From Achromobacter phage JWDelta, in the sequence record KF787094.1: a stretch of 24,000 nt of DNA; one strand, given 5' to 3'. Positions within the stretch are counted from its first letter, which is position 1. Every line of letters starts with the position of its first letter. The position numbers and the translations under genes were made by a program. Shown here piece by piece: positions 1-6,860 of this stretch. The notes under the pieces are model-generated. The model was not told the origin of the DNA and searched no databases. It saw only the letters and a list, made by a program, of their open reading frames with translations.

Positions 1-2
1 TT

Positions 3-125
3 TCCCGTGGCGGCACCTTTGAAGGTGAATCGGTTGATCCCACCTTCTGGAAGCACTACGCCACCATCAAGGGTCTGGAAGTCGAAGATGTGAACCAAAG
101 CAGTTTCTTCTCCTGCTCCTGCTGA
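3..125 (+). CDS. C-terminal fragment of a protein truncated by the window start
   Basis: Frame open from base 3 (SRGGTFEGESVDPTFWKHYATIKGLEVEDVNQSSFFSCSC*), stop TGA at 123-125 just before the next ORF at 131. Confidence 0.6.
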   Translation, partial: SRGGTFEGESVDPTFWKHYATIKGLEVEDVNQSSFFSCSC

Positions 126-130
126 TCATC

Positions 131-436
131 ATGGACCACATCATTCCTCCCATAACAGCTGAACTAGGCAAGATGTGGGACCAACCAGACCGAGAAGAAA
201 TTCTGGTTGGGGAGGACACTGCCGTCATGACTCAAGCTCAGTTTTATTACCTACTGGACTACAGCAACTCCGTCCCCAGTGGTGTGTACCCCGGCAAGAT
301 GTGGCGGAGCCAACATCCCAATGGTGATTGGTATTTGTGTTGGTTTGGTGTTGTACCTGGTGATGACACTGTGTGCAGCAACAACAGCAGAAAGATCATC
401 ATCCAAGACTGGAAAGGACTCATGGGAGTGAAATGA
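131..436 (+). CDS. hypothetical protein (101 aa)
   Basis: Complete ORF; its stop overlaps the next ATG (ATGA). Confidence 0.7.
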   Translation: MDHIIPPITAELGKMWDQPDREEILVGEDTAVMTQAQFYYLLDYSNSVPSGVYPGKMWRSQHPNGDWYLCWFGVVPGDDTVCSNNSRKIIIQDWKGLMGVK

Positions 437-696
437 AAGCCATCTCTGAACCTAAGAAGGTGACTCGCACGAACGCCAATGGTCGTGACCAGACCTTCAC
501 CGAGCAGTACTTCAGGGTCGAGGAAAGTGATGTTGGAAAGTTCAAGCATCACTACCTCGGCTACAACCACCGCAGTCACCGCTTTCTTGAAGAAGAAGTG
601 GGCTGCTCAGTAGTTGTCCAGACCGATGGAAAGGGTTGGACCTGCTGGTATTTCGGACTTAACTGGGAGAGCGAAGAATGCCGAAAGCTGCATTGA
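433..696 (+). CDS. hypothetical protein (MKAISEPKKVTRTN...)
   Basis: ATG at 433 overlaps the preceding stop, GGAG just upstream; the longer ORF track start at 373 overlaps the previous gene. Confidence 0.7.
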   Translation: MKAISEPKKVTRTNANGRDQTFTEQYFRVEESDVGKFKHHYLGYNHRSHRFLEEEVGCSVVVQTDGKGWTCWYFGLNWESEECRKLH

Positions 697-702
697 AAGT
701 GG

Positions 703-1032
703 GTGGCTGGCATGCCCCCACGCAAGACCAAAAGCCGGTGCACATCGGCCTATACGATTCCACGACCTGGGACCCCCATCGTAAAGATGGATTCGTCCCG
801 TCGCCTATCAACAGGCCATGAAACGCTAATGCAGTACGTCAATCATTCAACCCAAGCGCTGTATCGCAAACTCCGAAAGGAGGGTGCGACAGCCCCTTCT
901 GCCGTCGAGACGATCAAGCTTCTGCTGAATGAATCGCCGGAAACCCCCGGACCTTCCATAGCCCATTGGGAAGCCTCGATTGGTCCTGAAAAGGCCAAGC
1001 TTCCCTACTACCACGGCAACCGCCGCTTTTGA
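703..1032 (+). CDS. hypothetical protein
   Basis: ORF open from GTG 703 (alternative ATG 712), tightly packed between neighbours. Confidence 0.5.
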   Translation: MAGMPPRKTKSRCTSAYTIPRPGTPIVKMDSSRRLSTGHETLMQYVNHSTQALYRKLRKEGATAPSAVETIKLLLNESPETPGPSIAHWEASIGPEKAKLPYYHGNRRF

Positions 1033-1047
1033 ACCAAGGAAACCCCA

Positions 1048-2085
1048 ATGAACTACAAGACCGCTACCTCGCGTCAGGTGCGTTCCATGATCGAACGTGC
1101 GGTGTCGTCGGGCCTCGTGCTCATGATCACCAGCAGCCCTGGCATGGGAAAGTCCGCACTCGTTCGCAGTGTGGCTGACGAGTACCGTCTTCAGGTCATC
1201 GATCATCGCCTGTCCACTTCCGCCCCGGAAGACCTGACCGGCCTGCCGTTCCGCCGTGCCGATGGCCGTGCTGAATTCGCTCCCTTCGGTGACTTGTTCC
1301 CGTTGGAAGGCGATCCGCTGCCCGAAGGCAAGGACGGCTGGATTCTGTTCTTGGACGAACTGAACTCCGCTTCCAAGTCGGTCATGGCCGCTGCCTACAA
1401 GCTGATCCTGGATCGCATGGTCGGCCAGCACAAGCTGCACCCCAAGGTCGCCATCGTTGCCGCAGGCAACAAGATGACCGACCGGGCCATCGTCAATAAC
1501 ATGGGTACTGCGTTGCAGTCCCGTATCGTCCACGTCGAACTCGAACTGAACCACAAGGTCTGGCTCGAAGACGTAGCCCTGCCCCAAGCCTGGGATAGCC
1601 GTGTCGTCGCCTATCTGGGTACGTATCCGTCCAAGCTGTCGGACTTCGACCCTGAGCACAAGGACCGCACGTTCTGCTGCCCCCGCACCTGGGACATGGT
1701 GAACAAGTACCTGAAGACCCGTGAAGGCAAGCTGGATGATGTGGATCGCATCTTCATCTCCGGCACCATCTCGGCTGAAGAAGGCGTCAGCTTCGTGCAG
1801 TACTGCAAGGTGTTCGACACGATGGTGAAGGTCGCCGACATCATCGCCAAGCCGGAAACCGCACCGCTGCCTTCCGACAATCCCACGTTGTGGGCTGTCA
1901 CGATGGCATTGACCGAGGCCGTGAACAAGTCGAACTACGACGAGATCATGACCTACGTCGAGCGCATGGACTTCGGCTTCCAACTGGTGTTCTCGCGTTC
2001 CGCGATGGCCACCAAGTCGGCCGAACTGCGTCACCTGCCCCGCTTCGCTGAAGCGGCCATCAAAGTCTCCAAATACCTGGTGTAA
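1048..2085 (+). CDS. MoxR-type AAA+ ATPase
   Basis: Walker A SSPGMGKSALV, Walker B WILFLDELNSA, N-rich sensor region AAGNKMTDR; MoxR-like layout. Confidence 0.85.
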   Translation: MNYKTATSRQVRSMIERAVSSGLVLMITSSPGMGKSALVRSVADEYRLQVIDHRLSTSAPEDLTGLPFRRADGRAEFAPFGDLFPLEGDPLPEGKDGWILFLDELNSASKSVMAAAYKLILDRMVGQHKLHPKVAIVAAGNKMTDRAIVNNMGTALQSRIVHVELELNHKVWLEDVALPQAWDSRVVAYLGTYPSKLSDFDPEHKDRTFCCPRTWDMVNKYLKTREGKLDDVDRIFISGTISAEEGVSFVQYCKVFDTMVKVADIIAKPETAPLPSDNPTLWAVTMALTEAVNKSNYDEIMTYVERMDFGFQLVFSRSAMATKSAELRHLPRFAEAAIKVSKYLV

Positions 2086-2088
2086 GCG

Positions 2089-2280
2089 ATGGGAAATCTC
2101 CAAAAAGCCATTACCCCCGTGAATAAGCGTATGGCCGGTGGCGTCCAATGGGTCGCCATCTTCGGTGAACGCAAGGCTGTCTTGTGGGGCAAGACGGAGA
2201 AGCAAGCTCTCCAAGCTGCCCACGAGCATTTCAAACCCAAGAAGGGTGAACGCGATCTCGTCGCTGTCGCCCTCATCTGA
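2089..2280 (+). CDS. hypothetical small protein (63 aa)
   Basis: ORF directly after the MoxR gene. Confidence 0.55.
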   Translation: MGNLQKAITPVNKRMAGGVQWVAIFGERKAVLWGKTEKQALQAAHEHFKPKKGERDLVAVALI

Positions 2281-2293
2281 CAGAGAGGAACCA

Positions 2294-2662
2294 ATGACTG
2301 ACTTCTGGTATCGCTACGAGGATTACCGAGAGGGAATCACGAGCACGGATTACAACGGAGAAGTCGAGGTCATTGGTTCCCGCACTGTCCTCCGCTGCCG
2401 CAAGTTCGAGGTGGATCGCTATACGCCCAAGGGTGTGTGGATCCGCCGTCCCTTCGATACGCAACGCTTTGTGTTGAACGAGGGACGAAAGAAATACGCT
2501 CATGCGACCGAGGAAGAAGCTCTGCATTCTTTCTTGGCTCGCAAGCAACGACATCTCAGCATCCTCAACAGCCAGTGTGATCATGTCACGCAGGCGATGA
2601 CGCTTGCACAACAGAAACTGAACCAAGGAAAGACATGTCCGTCGATCTTACTCGTGAGCTAG
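2294..2662 (+). CDS. hypothetical protein (MTDFWYRYEDYREG...)
   Basis: ATG 2294 preceded by AGAGAGGAA; in-frame part of the longer 2138..2662 ORF. Confidence 0.65.
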   Translation: MTDFWYRYEDYREGITSTDYNGEVEVIGSRTVLRCRKFEVDRYTPKGVWIRRPFDTQRFVLNEGRKKYAHATEEEALHSFLARKQRHLSILNSQCDHVTQAMTLAQQKLNQGKTCPSILLVS

Positions 2663-3795
2663 ATCGTGCGAAGGCCAAAGCCTTCCTCGATAGCAACTCC
2701 GCATTTCTCGGTCCCATCCTGGTGGGGCTACGCTTCGCCTGGGACAAGACCGTGGAAACGGCGTGCACTGACGGTATCGACCTGAAGTGGAATCCCGATT
2801 GGTTCATTTCCCTTCAGCCTCCGGCCCGTGTCACCGTGCTCATGCACGAAATCTGGCACGTTGCCCGGCTGCACTTGATCCGACGCAATGGTCGTGATCC
2901 ACTCTGGTGGAACTACGCCTGCGACATCTGGATCAATAACCAGTTGGAGCGAGACAAATTCTCCTTCAAGGGCATCGAGAACTGCTGGAAGGATCAGCAG
3001 TATCACGGCAAAACTGAAGAGGAAATCTACGCTGCTATCTACGACCCTCAGTCGCCGCCCCCGCCTCCGGCGAGCGGCTCCTTCGGTGAAGACGGGGGAG
3101 CAGGCGACATGCAGGAATCCCCTGGTGGCGTCACGGATGCACAGCGTGAAGAAATCCTTTCCACTGTGACCCAAGCAATGCACCAAGCTGGAATCAGTGG
3201 AAATCCTGGCTCCATGCCGGGTGATACCGAAAGGCTCATCACCCAGTTCCTGAAACCCGTGGTGCCGTGGCAATCGCTGCTGCAACGCTTCTTCAATGAC
3301 ATGCAAGATGAAGACTACTCATGGTCACGTCCGAACCGCCGGTTCGATGACATCTATTTGCCTCATCGTTTTCTCGATGATGGCAAGCTGGAGCATCTGG
3401 CCTATTACCTGGACGTGTCCGGCAGTATCACCCAGCAGGACTTGCTACGCTTCAACTCCGAAGTAAAGCACGTCTGGGATCATTACCAACCCCAGAAGAT
3501 GAGCCTCATTCAGTTCGACACACGCATCTCGCATGTGGAGGAAATCGAAGAAGGCCACCGTCTGGACGAGGTGAAGATCAAGGGTGGTGGTGGTACGTGC
3601 TTGAAGCCTGTGCGTGAGCACATCATCAAAAACCGTCCCACTGCGGCCATCATCTTCAGCGATATGGAAGTGGCTCCGATGGAAAAACTCCCCTTCGATA
3701 TCCCCGTGATTTGGGTTGTTTTGGGGGGTCGATCCTCCCATAAACCCTCCTTCGGGGAGGTCATCATCATTCCTCAAGGGAGCGTACCGCTGTGA
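2635..3795 (+). CDS. metallopeptidase-like / VWA-domain protein (DUF2201-like)
   Basis: HExxH motif (LMHEIWHVARL), C-terminal MIDAS-like YYLDVSGSIT and IIFSDMEV; adjacent to a MoxR ATPase. Confidence 0.8.
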   Translation: MSVDLTRELDRAKAKAFLDSNSAFLGPILVGLRFAWDKTVETACTDGIDLKWNPDWFISLQPPARVTVLMHEIWHVARLHLIRRNGRDPLWWNYACDIWINNQLERDKFSFKGIENCWKDQQYHGKTEEEIYAAIYDPQSPPPPPASGSFGEDGGAGDMQESPGGVTDAQREEILSTVTQAMHQAGISGNPGSMPGDTERLITQFLKPVVPWQSLLQRFFNDMQDEDYSWSRPNRRFDDIYLPHRFLDDGKLEHLAYYLDVSGSITQQDLLRFNSEVKHVWDHYQPQKMSLIQFDTRISHVEEIEEGHRLDEVKIKGGGGTCLKPVREHIIKNRPTAAIIFSDMEVAPMEKLPFDIPVIWVVLGGRSSHKPSFGEVIIIPQGSVPL

Positions 3796-4286
3796 TCATC
3801 AACGGCCATGCATTGCTCGAAGCAATGCCCATTCGTGATATGGAATCCACCAAGGTGAGCCGTGGCGGCGTCACCTTTGGTTTGGGTGAAGCAGGATACG
3901 ACATCCGCATCAAGCAGGGTGTCGTGTTCCACTCGAACCAAGGTGGACACATTCAACATGCCGATGGCACCCGTGAGCACTTCGCGGGACGCTTCACCAT
4001 CGCATCGGCTGTGGAGCAATTCCACATGCCAAACAACCTGACCGGCATCGTTCATGACAAGTCCACTTGGGCGCGTCGTGGTTTGTCCGTCTTCAATACC
4101 GTCATCGAGCCGGGTTGGGATGGATTCCTCACCCTGGAGTTGGTCTACCATGGTTCCACTGGCTTGTTCATCCCTCCGGGTGTGGGCATTGCTCAAGTGG
4201 TGTTCCATCAGACTGCTCGTGATGCCGTCTACAACGGACGGTATCAGAACCAAGAAGACAAGCCGGTAGCCGCAAAGGACGCCTAA
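3792..4286 (+). CDS. dcd: dCTP deaminase / dUTPase-fold protein
   Basis: GEAGYDIR, DKSTWARRGLSVFNTVIEPGWDGFLTLEL, IPPGVGIAQVVF are typical of the Dcd/Dut superfamily; GTG start overlaps the preceding stop. Confidence 0.85.
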   Translation: MIINGHALLEAMPIRDMESTKVSRGGVTFGLGEAGYDIRIKQGVVFHSNQGGHIQHADGTREHFAGRFTIASAVEQFHMPNNLTGIVHDKSTWARRGLSVFNTVIEPGWDGFLTLELVYHGSTGLFIPPGVGIAQVVFHQTARDAVYNGRYQNQEDKPVAAKDA

Positions 4287-4525
4287 TGACGACACCATGC
4301 GAGGTTTGCGGCGAGTCTAACGTGTGGCCACTCTTTGATTGGCAATACAGTTACGTCTGCAAATCTTGTGTGGAGTTGGGCGACGATGTGGGGTACGACG
4401 CAGAGGCCGAATGCTATCGGCTTGTGAGTCGGTGTCCTGGTTGTGGAGAAGCCGGTACGGTGAACTATGGTAGGGAAACCGACATGGCTTACTACTGTGG
4501 CGGCTCTCCGAGGTGTTGCCCGTGA
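4286..4525 (+). CDS. small Cys-rich zinc-ribbon-like protein (79 aa)
   Basis: CEVC, CKSC, CPGC and terminal CC spacing; ATG overlaps the preceding stop. Confidence 0.65.
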   Translation: MTTPCEVCGESNVWPLFDWQYSYVCKSCVELGDDVGYDAEAECYRLVSRCPGCGEAGTVNYGRETDMAYYCGGSPRCCP

Positions 4526-4587
4526 ATCAAAGTTAGGCTATTGTGAAGTCTTTCGTGGGGGTGAGAGTCCCTTGAAGGAGAAATGGC

Positions 4588-4746
4588 ATGTTCTTCGGTT
4601 TGTTCAAGTTGTTCAGAGCATATGTGTTCGACCTGGTTCCGATCTCGTCGTATCACATTCCCACCGAATCGCAGTGTGTTGAGCATGCCGCCAGCTTGAA
4701 GTCCTCCAACAAGGTCAGACGACCCGAACAGGACGACTACGGTTAG
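4588..4746 (+). CDS. small hypothetical protein (52 aa, MFFGLFKLFRAYVFDLVPISSYHIPTESQ...)
   Basis: Not in the supplied ORF list (below its size cut-off); AAGGAG Shine-Dalgarno at about 4575-4580, ATG 4588, TAG 4744-4746. Confidence 0.55.
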   Translation: MFFGLFKLFRAYVFDLVPISSYHIPTESQCVEHAASLKSSNKVRRPEQDDYG

Positions 4747-4783
4747 GTACGATCTCATTGAGATGAAAACACACATGCGCCGA

Positions 4784-4816
4784 GAAGCCCAGGGCAAATC
4801 CCTGGGCTTCGTAGTT
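4784..4816 (+). terminator. probable rho-independent terminator or strong hairpin
   Basis: GAAGCCCAGGG-CAAAT-CCCTGGGCTTC perfect 11-bp stem followed by a weak T run (gtagttt). Confidence 0.55.
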
Positions 4817-5082
4817 TCCAGGCTCTTGAGTCTGCATTCTCTCCAACCTTAGTTAGTGTGGGCGCTTCTTGCGTGACCGCATGACGATGTAGTTGGAACC
4901 AGAGAGGGCAGATCAAAGGGTACTGATCGTCGTGGCTGACGTAGGTGCACTGGATGGGTTCGATTCCTAAGAACGTCCCTGGTGGGAAAAGTAAAGTGCT
5001 GACGTGTTGCACGTCGCTGTTATCCACGAGAGTGGCACTGGCAGCATTGCTTCAGGAACGAGAAAGGGACGGTCTTTTAAAT

Positions 5083-5133
5083 CAGTGGATGTTCGCATCG
5101 ACTGTTGGGTGTTCAAGTCACCCCGCTTCGGCG
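5083..5133 (+). other. cluster of three adjacent hairpins
   Basis: CAGTGGATG-TTCG-CATCGACTG (one mismatch), GGGTG-TTCAAGT-CACCC (T-arm-like), CGC-TTCG-GCG back to back. Confidence 0.5.
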
Positions 5134-5205
5134 TAGGCAAATTGGAAAAGCCAAGACAAGAGCAAGTACCGTGTATGGATTTTGGTCGTTTTTATGAAAC
5201 GTCCC

Positions 5206-5380
5206 CCACACAGAGATGTGTGGTCTGCGCACTAGAGCATTAGCGATGGAAGGATGACCGATGTCCATTCGCATGGTCCAGGTCTAGTGTGCAGTCCACA
5301 CGTCTCATGACGTGTATTCAGAGGTTAGTTCCTCTGGTCTACAGACCCCCCAGAACCCTCCGGTGATGAGCCACCGGAGG
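5206..5380 (+). ncRNA. candidate structured non-coding RNA (array of hairpins)
   Basis: CCACACA/TGTGTGG (5206-5223), CTGCGCACTAGA/TCTAGTGTGCAG (5225-5294) with inner GCGATGGA/TCCATTCGC, ACACGTC/GACGTGT (5298-5315), CAGAGG/CCTCTG (5319-5336), GGTC/GACC (5336-5347), CCTCCGGTG/CACCGGAGG (5357-5380). Confidence 0.55.
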
Positions 5381-5397
5381 CGTATGGGAGTCACAAT

Positions 5398-5477
5398 CCC
5401 CAAGGTAGCTCAGTTGGTAGAGCAGCATGCCCTGGAATAGTGGGTAGCGGTCAGTGGTTCAAGTCCACTCCGAGGGG
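5398..5477 (+). tRNA. aberrant tRNA-like element (possible degenerate tRNA)
   Basis: Canonical D-arm GCTCAGTTGGTAGAGC and T-arm AGTGG-TTCAAGT-CCACT, but acceptor CCCCAAGG/CCGAGGGG has a tandem internal mismatch and the anticodon arm TGCCC/GGGTA has a 9-nt loop. Confidence 0.5.
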
Positions 5478-5490
5478 GCCAATAGTTTCT

Positions 5491-5516
5491 GATCCAAGGT
5501 AGGCATACCTTGGGTC
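5491..5516 (+). other. 11-bp hairpin GATCCAAGGTA-GGCA-TACCTTGGGTC
   Basis: Perfect stem apart from one GU pair; its 5' arm repeats CCAAGGTAG from 5400-5408. Confidence 0.6.
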
Positions 5517-5541
5517 GTCAGTGCTGTACGCGACAGCTCTG

Positions 5542-5673
5542 GGGCGTAGTGATGGAATGCTGGTAGACATAGAGTCCGACGATAGGTGTCCGCTTCATAG
5601 GCCAAACCGACAATAGGACTCGGAGCATTACCGCGAGGTGCTCATGTGAGTTCGAGTCTCACCTACATAGCCC
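5542..5673 (+). tRNA. aberrant class II (Leu-like) tRNA element with an enlarged anticodon loop
   Basis: Leu-like D-arm segment GATGGAATGCTGGTAGAC, variable arm GAGC-ATTACCGCGAGGT-GCTC, T-arm GTGAG-TTCGAGT-CTCAC; GAGTCC/GGACTC closes a 38-nt loop. Confidence 0.5.
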
Positions 5674-5686
5674 GAAAGGAATAAAA

Positions 5687-6109
5687 ATGGAAATAACCTA
5701 CAGCACTACAAGCAATGGCTGCTGGGAATGTAATTCACATGCAACTTGCTCAGAAGGATACCCGGTAGCAACTGTTCAAGGTGTGTGGGATAGGATATAC
5801 AGGCACTCATTCAGGCACTTCAATGGTGAGATACCAATAGGCAATGTTGTGCGCCATACGTGCGACAACAAATTATGTGTTAACCCTAATCATCTGATTC
5901 TGGGAACACATAAAGACAACGTTGCGGATCGTGTGTCACGTAATCGATCAGCTAATGGTGAAAGGAATGGTCGAGCGAAATTGACTTGGGATGTTATCAA
6001 GGATATTCGCAAAGATACTGAATCACCTAAAATGCATCTGGCACGTAAACATGGTGTTGACCCTAAAACCATACGTCAGATACAACAAAACAAAATTTGG
6101 GTAGAGTAG
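5687..6109 (+). CDS. HNH homing-endonuclease-like protein
   Basis: GCWECNSHATCSEGYPVATVQG...VVRHTCDNKLCVNPNHLILGTHKDNVADR is typical of phage HNH endonucleases, plus a C-terminal HTH-like repeat (ARKHGVDPKTIRQI). Confidence 0.9.
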   Translation: MEITYSTTSNGCWECNSHATCSEGYPVATVQGVWDRIYRHSFRHFNGEIPIGNVVRHTCDNKLCVNPNHLILGTHKDNVADRVSRNRSANGERNGRAKLTWDVIKDIRKDTESPKMHLARKHGVDPKTIRQIQQNKIWVE

Positions 6110-6133
6110 GTTCGAGTCCTGCCTACAATGCCC
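6106..6133 (+). pseudogene. orphan tRNA 3' end (T-arm plus acceptor strand)
   Basis: GTAGG-TTCGAGT-CCTGC then CTACAATGCCC; closely resembles the end of the Leu-like element (5646-5673) and overlaps the HNH stop codon. Confidence 0.55.
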
Positions 6134-6142
6134 GAATACTTT

Positions 6143-6299
6143 CCATTTGATAGAAGCTCTACGTCGCACAGCCCATACCCTGGGTCCGGATAGGGTGGCT
6201 GTGAGAGCTTCTTTCAAATGGTAGTGTGGTTTGCTTAGGCAACCTGAACGTGAAGTGAATGGTGTCAAGACGGGAGTTCGATTCTCCCCGGCTCCACCA
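6143..6299 (+). ncRNA. ssrA: acceptor piece of a circularly permuted tmRNA
   Basis: T-arm GGGAG-TTCGATT-CTCCC (6272-6288), acceptor strand CGGCTCC (6289-6295), ACCA (6296-6299); complementary to the 5' strand GGGGCCG found downstream at 6507-6513. Confidence 0.78.
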
Positions 6300-6506
6300 T
6301 AGTGACTCTGTATGACTGGCTGGAAAGGACAGCCTAATCATACGAAACGAGGACTTGTTCGGTGTCCTGTAGCAAGACTACAGGTGGTGCGGGCAAGACC
6401 GGAGCTGCCCAGTGCGGATAAACACCGCCCTGTACGGCGTCGGACAAGATGTAAAACAAGGCGACGCTACGCGCCTATCGTTCGTCAATTACAGAGTCAC
6501 TATGAT
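6300..6506 (+). ncRNA. structured intervening sequence between the permuted tmRNA halves
   Basis: Terminal inverted repeat AGTGACTCTGTA/TACAGAGTCACT (6301-6312/6490-6501) and several internal stems. Confidence 0.65.
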
Positions 6507-6799
6507 GGGGCCGACCGGTTTCGATTGGCAAACTGAAGCGGAATGAACTACTAGGCAAGCGGAGCCTTAAACCAAGCAAAATCGTAGACGCCAACGACGA
6601 CTACATCCGACTCGCTGCGTAAGCACGAGTACGGCCTCCCCCAGCAGGTGGCAACAGAAGCTGGGGACATTCAATCATCAGCGGAGTACTCTGGCTGTGG
6701 CCACAGCAGCGATAGGCGCCCAACAATCTTGGCTAGATCACCGAGAAAGGAAAGCGCGACAAGGACCAAGAATCCTCGTAGAGTATTCCGCTGATGGTT
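6507..6799 (+). ncRNA. ssrA: coding piece of a circularly permuted tmRNA; tag ANDDYIRLAA
   Basis: 5' GGGGCCGACCGGTTTCGATTGGCA typical of tmRNA; tag frame GCC AAC GAC GAC TAC ATC CGA CTC GCT GCG TAA at 6590-6622; downstream CCCCAGC/GCTGGGG helix and 19-bp stem 6673-6691/6781-6799. Confidence 0.85.
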
Positions 6800-6860
6800 G
6801 AGCCTGAACTCAGATGCGGGTGGCCTCCGTCATCACTGGGTAAGACCATCTTCAACAACA

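Noticed and set aside
847-2229. Minus-strand ORF of 460 aa
   Set aside because: Antisense to the MoxR ATPase, which carries clear Walker motifs; no recognisable motif in the antisense product.
4755-5027. Minus-strand ORF (90 aa)
   Set aside because: Only a GTG start without a Shine-Dalgarno sequence, and it runs through a strong hairpin; no motif recognised.
5107-5133. Possible tRNA ending with T-arm GGGTG-TTCAAGT-CACCC
   Set aside because: No D-arm or complementary acceptor 5' strand upstream, and the following CGCTTCGGCG is its own hairpin.
6313-6489. Group I intron in the tmRNA intervening sequence
   Set aside because: AAGACTA resembles the R element, but no convincing P/Q/S elements or P7 partner was found by eye; kept only as something to test.
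6312-6536. ORF of 74 aa inside the tmRNA intervening sequence
   Set aside because: No ribosome-binding site, Arg-rich non-protein-like sequence, and overlaps tmRNA structure.
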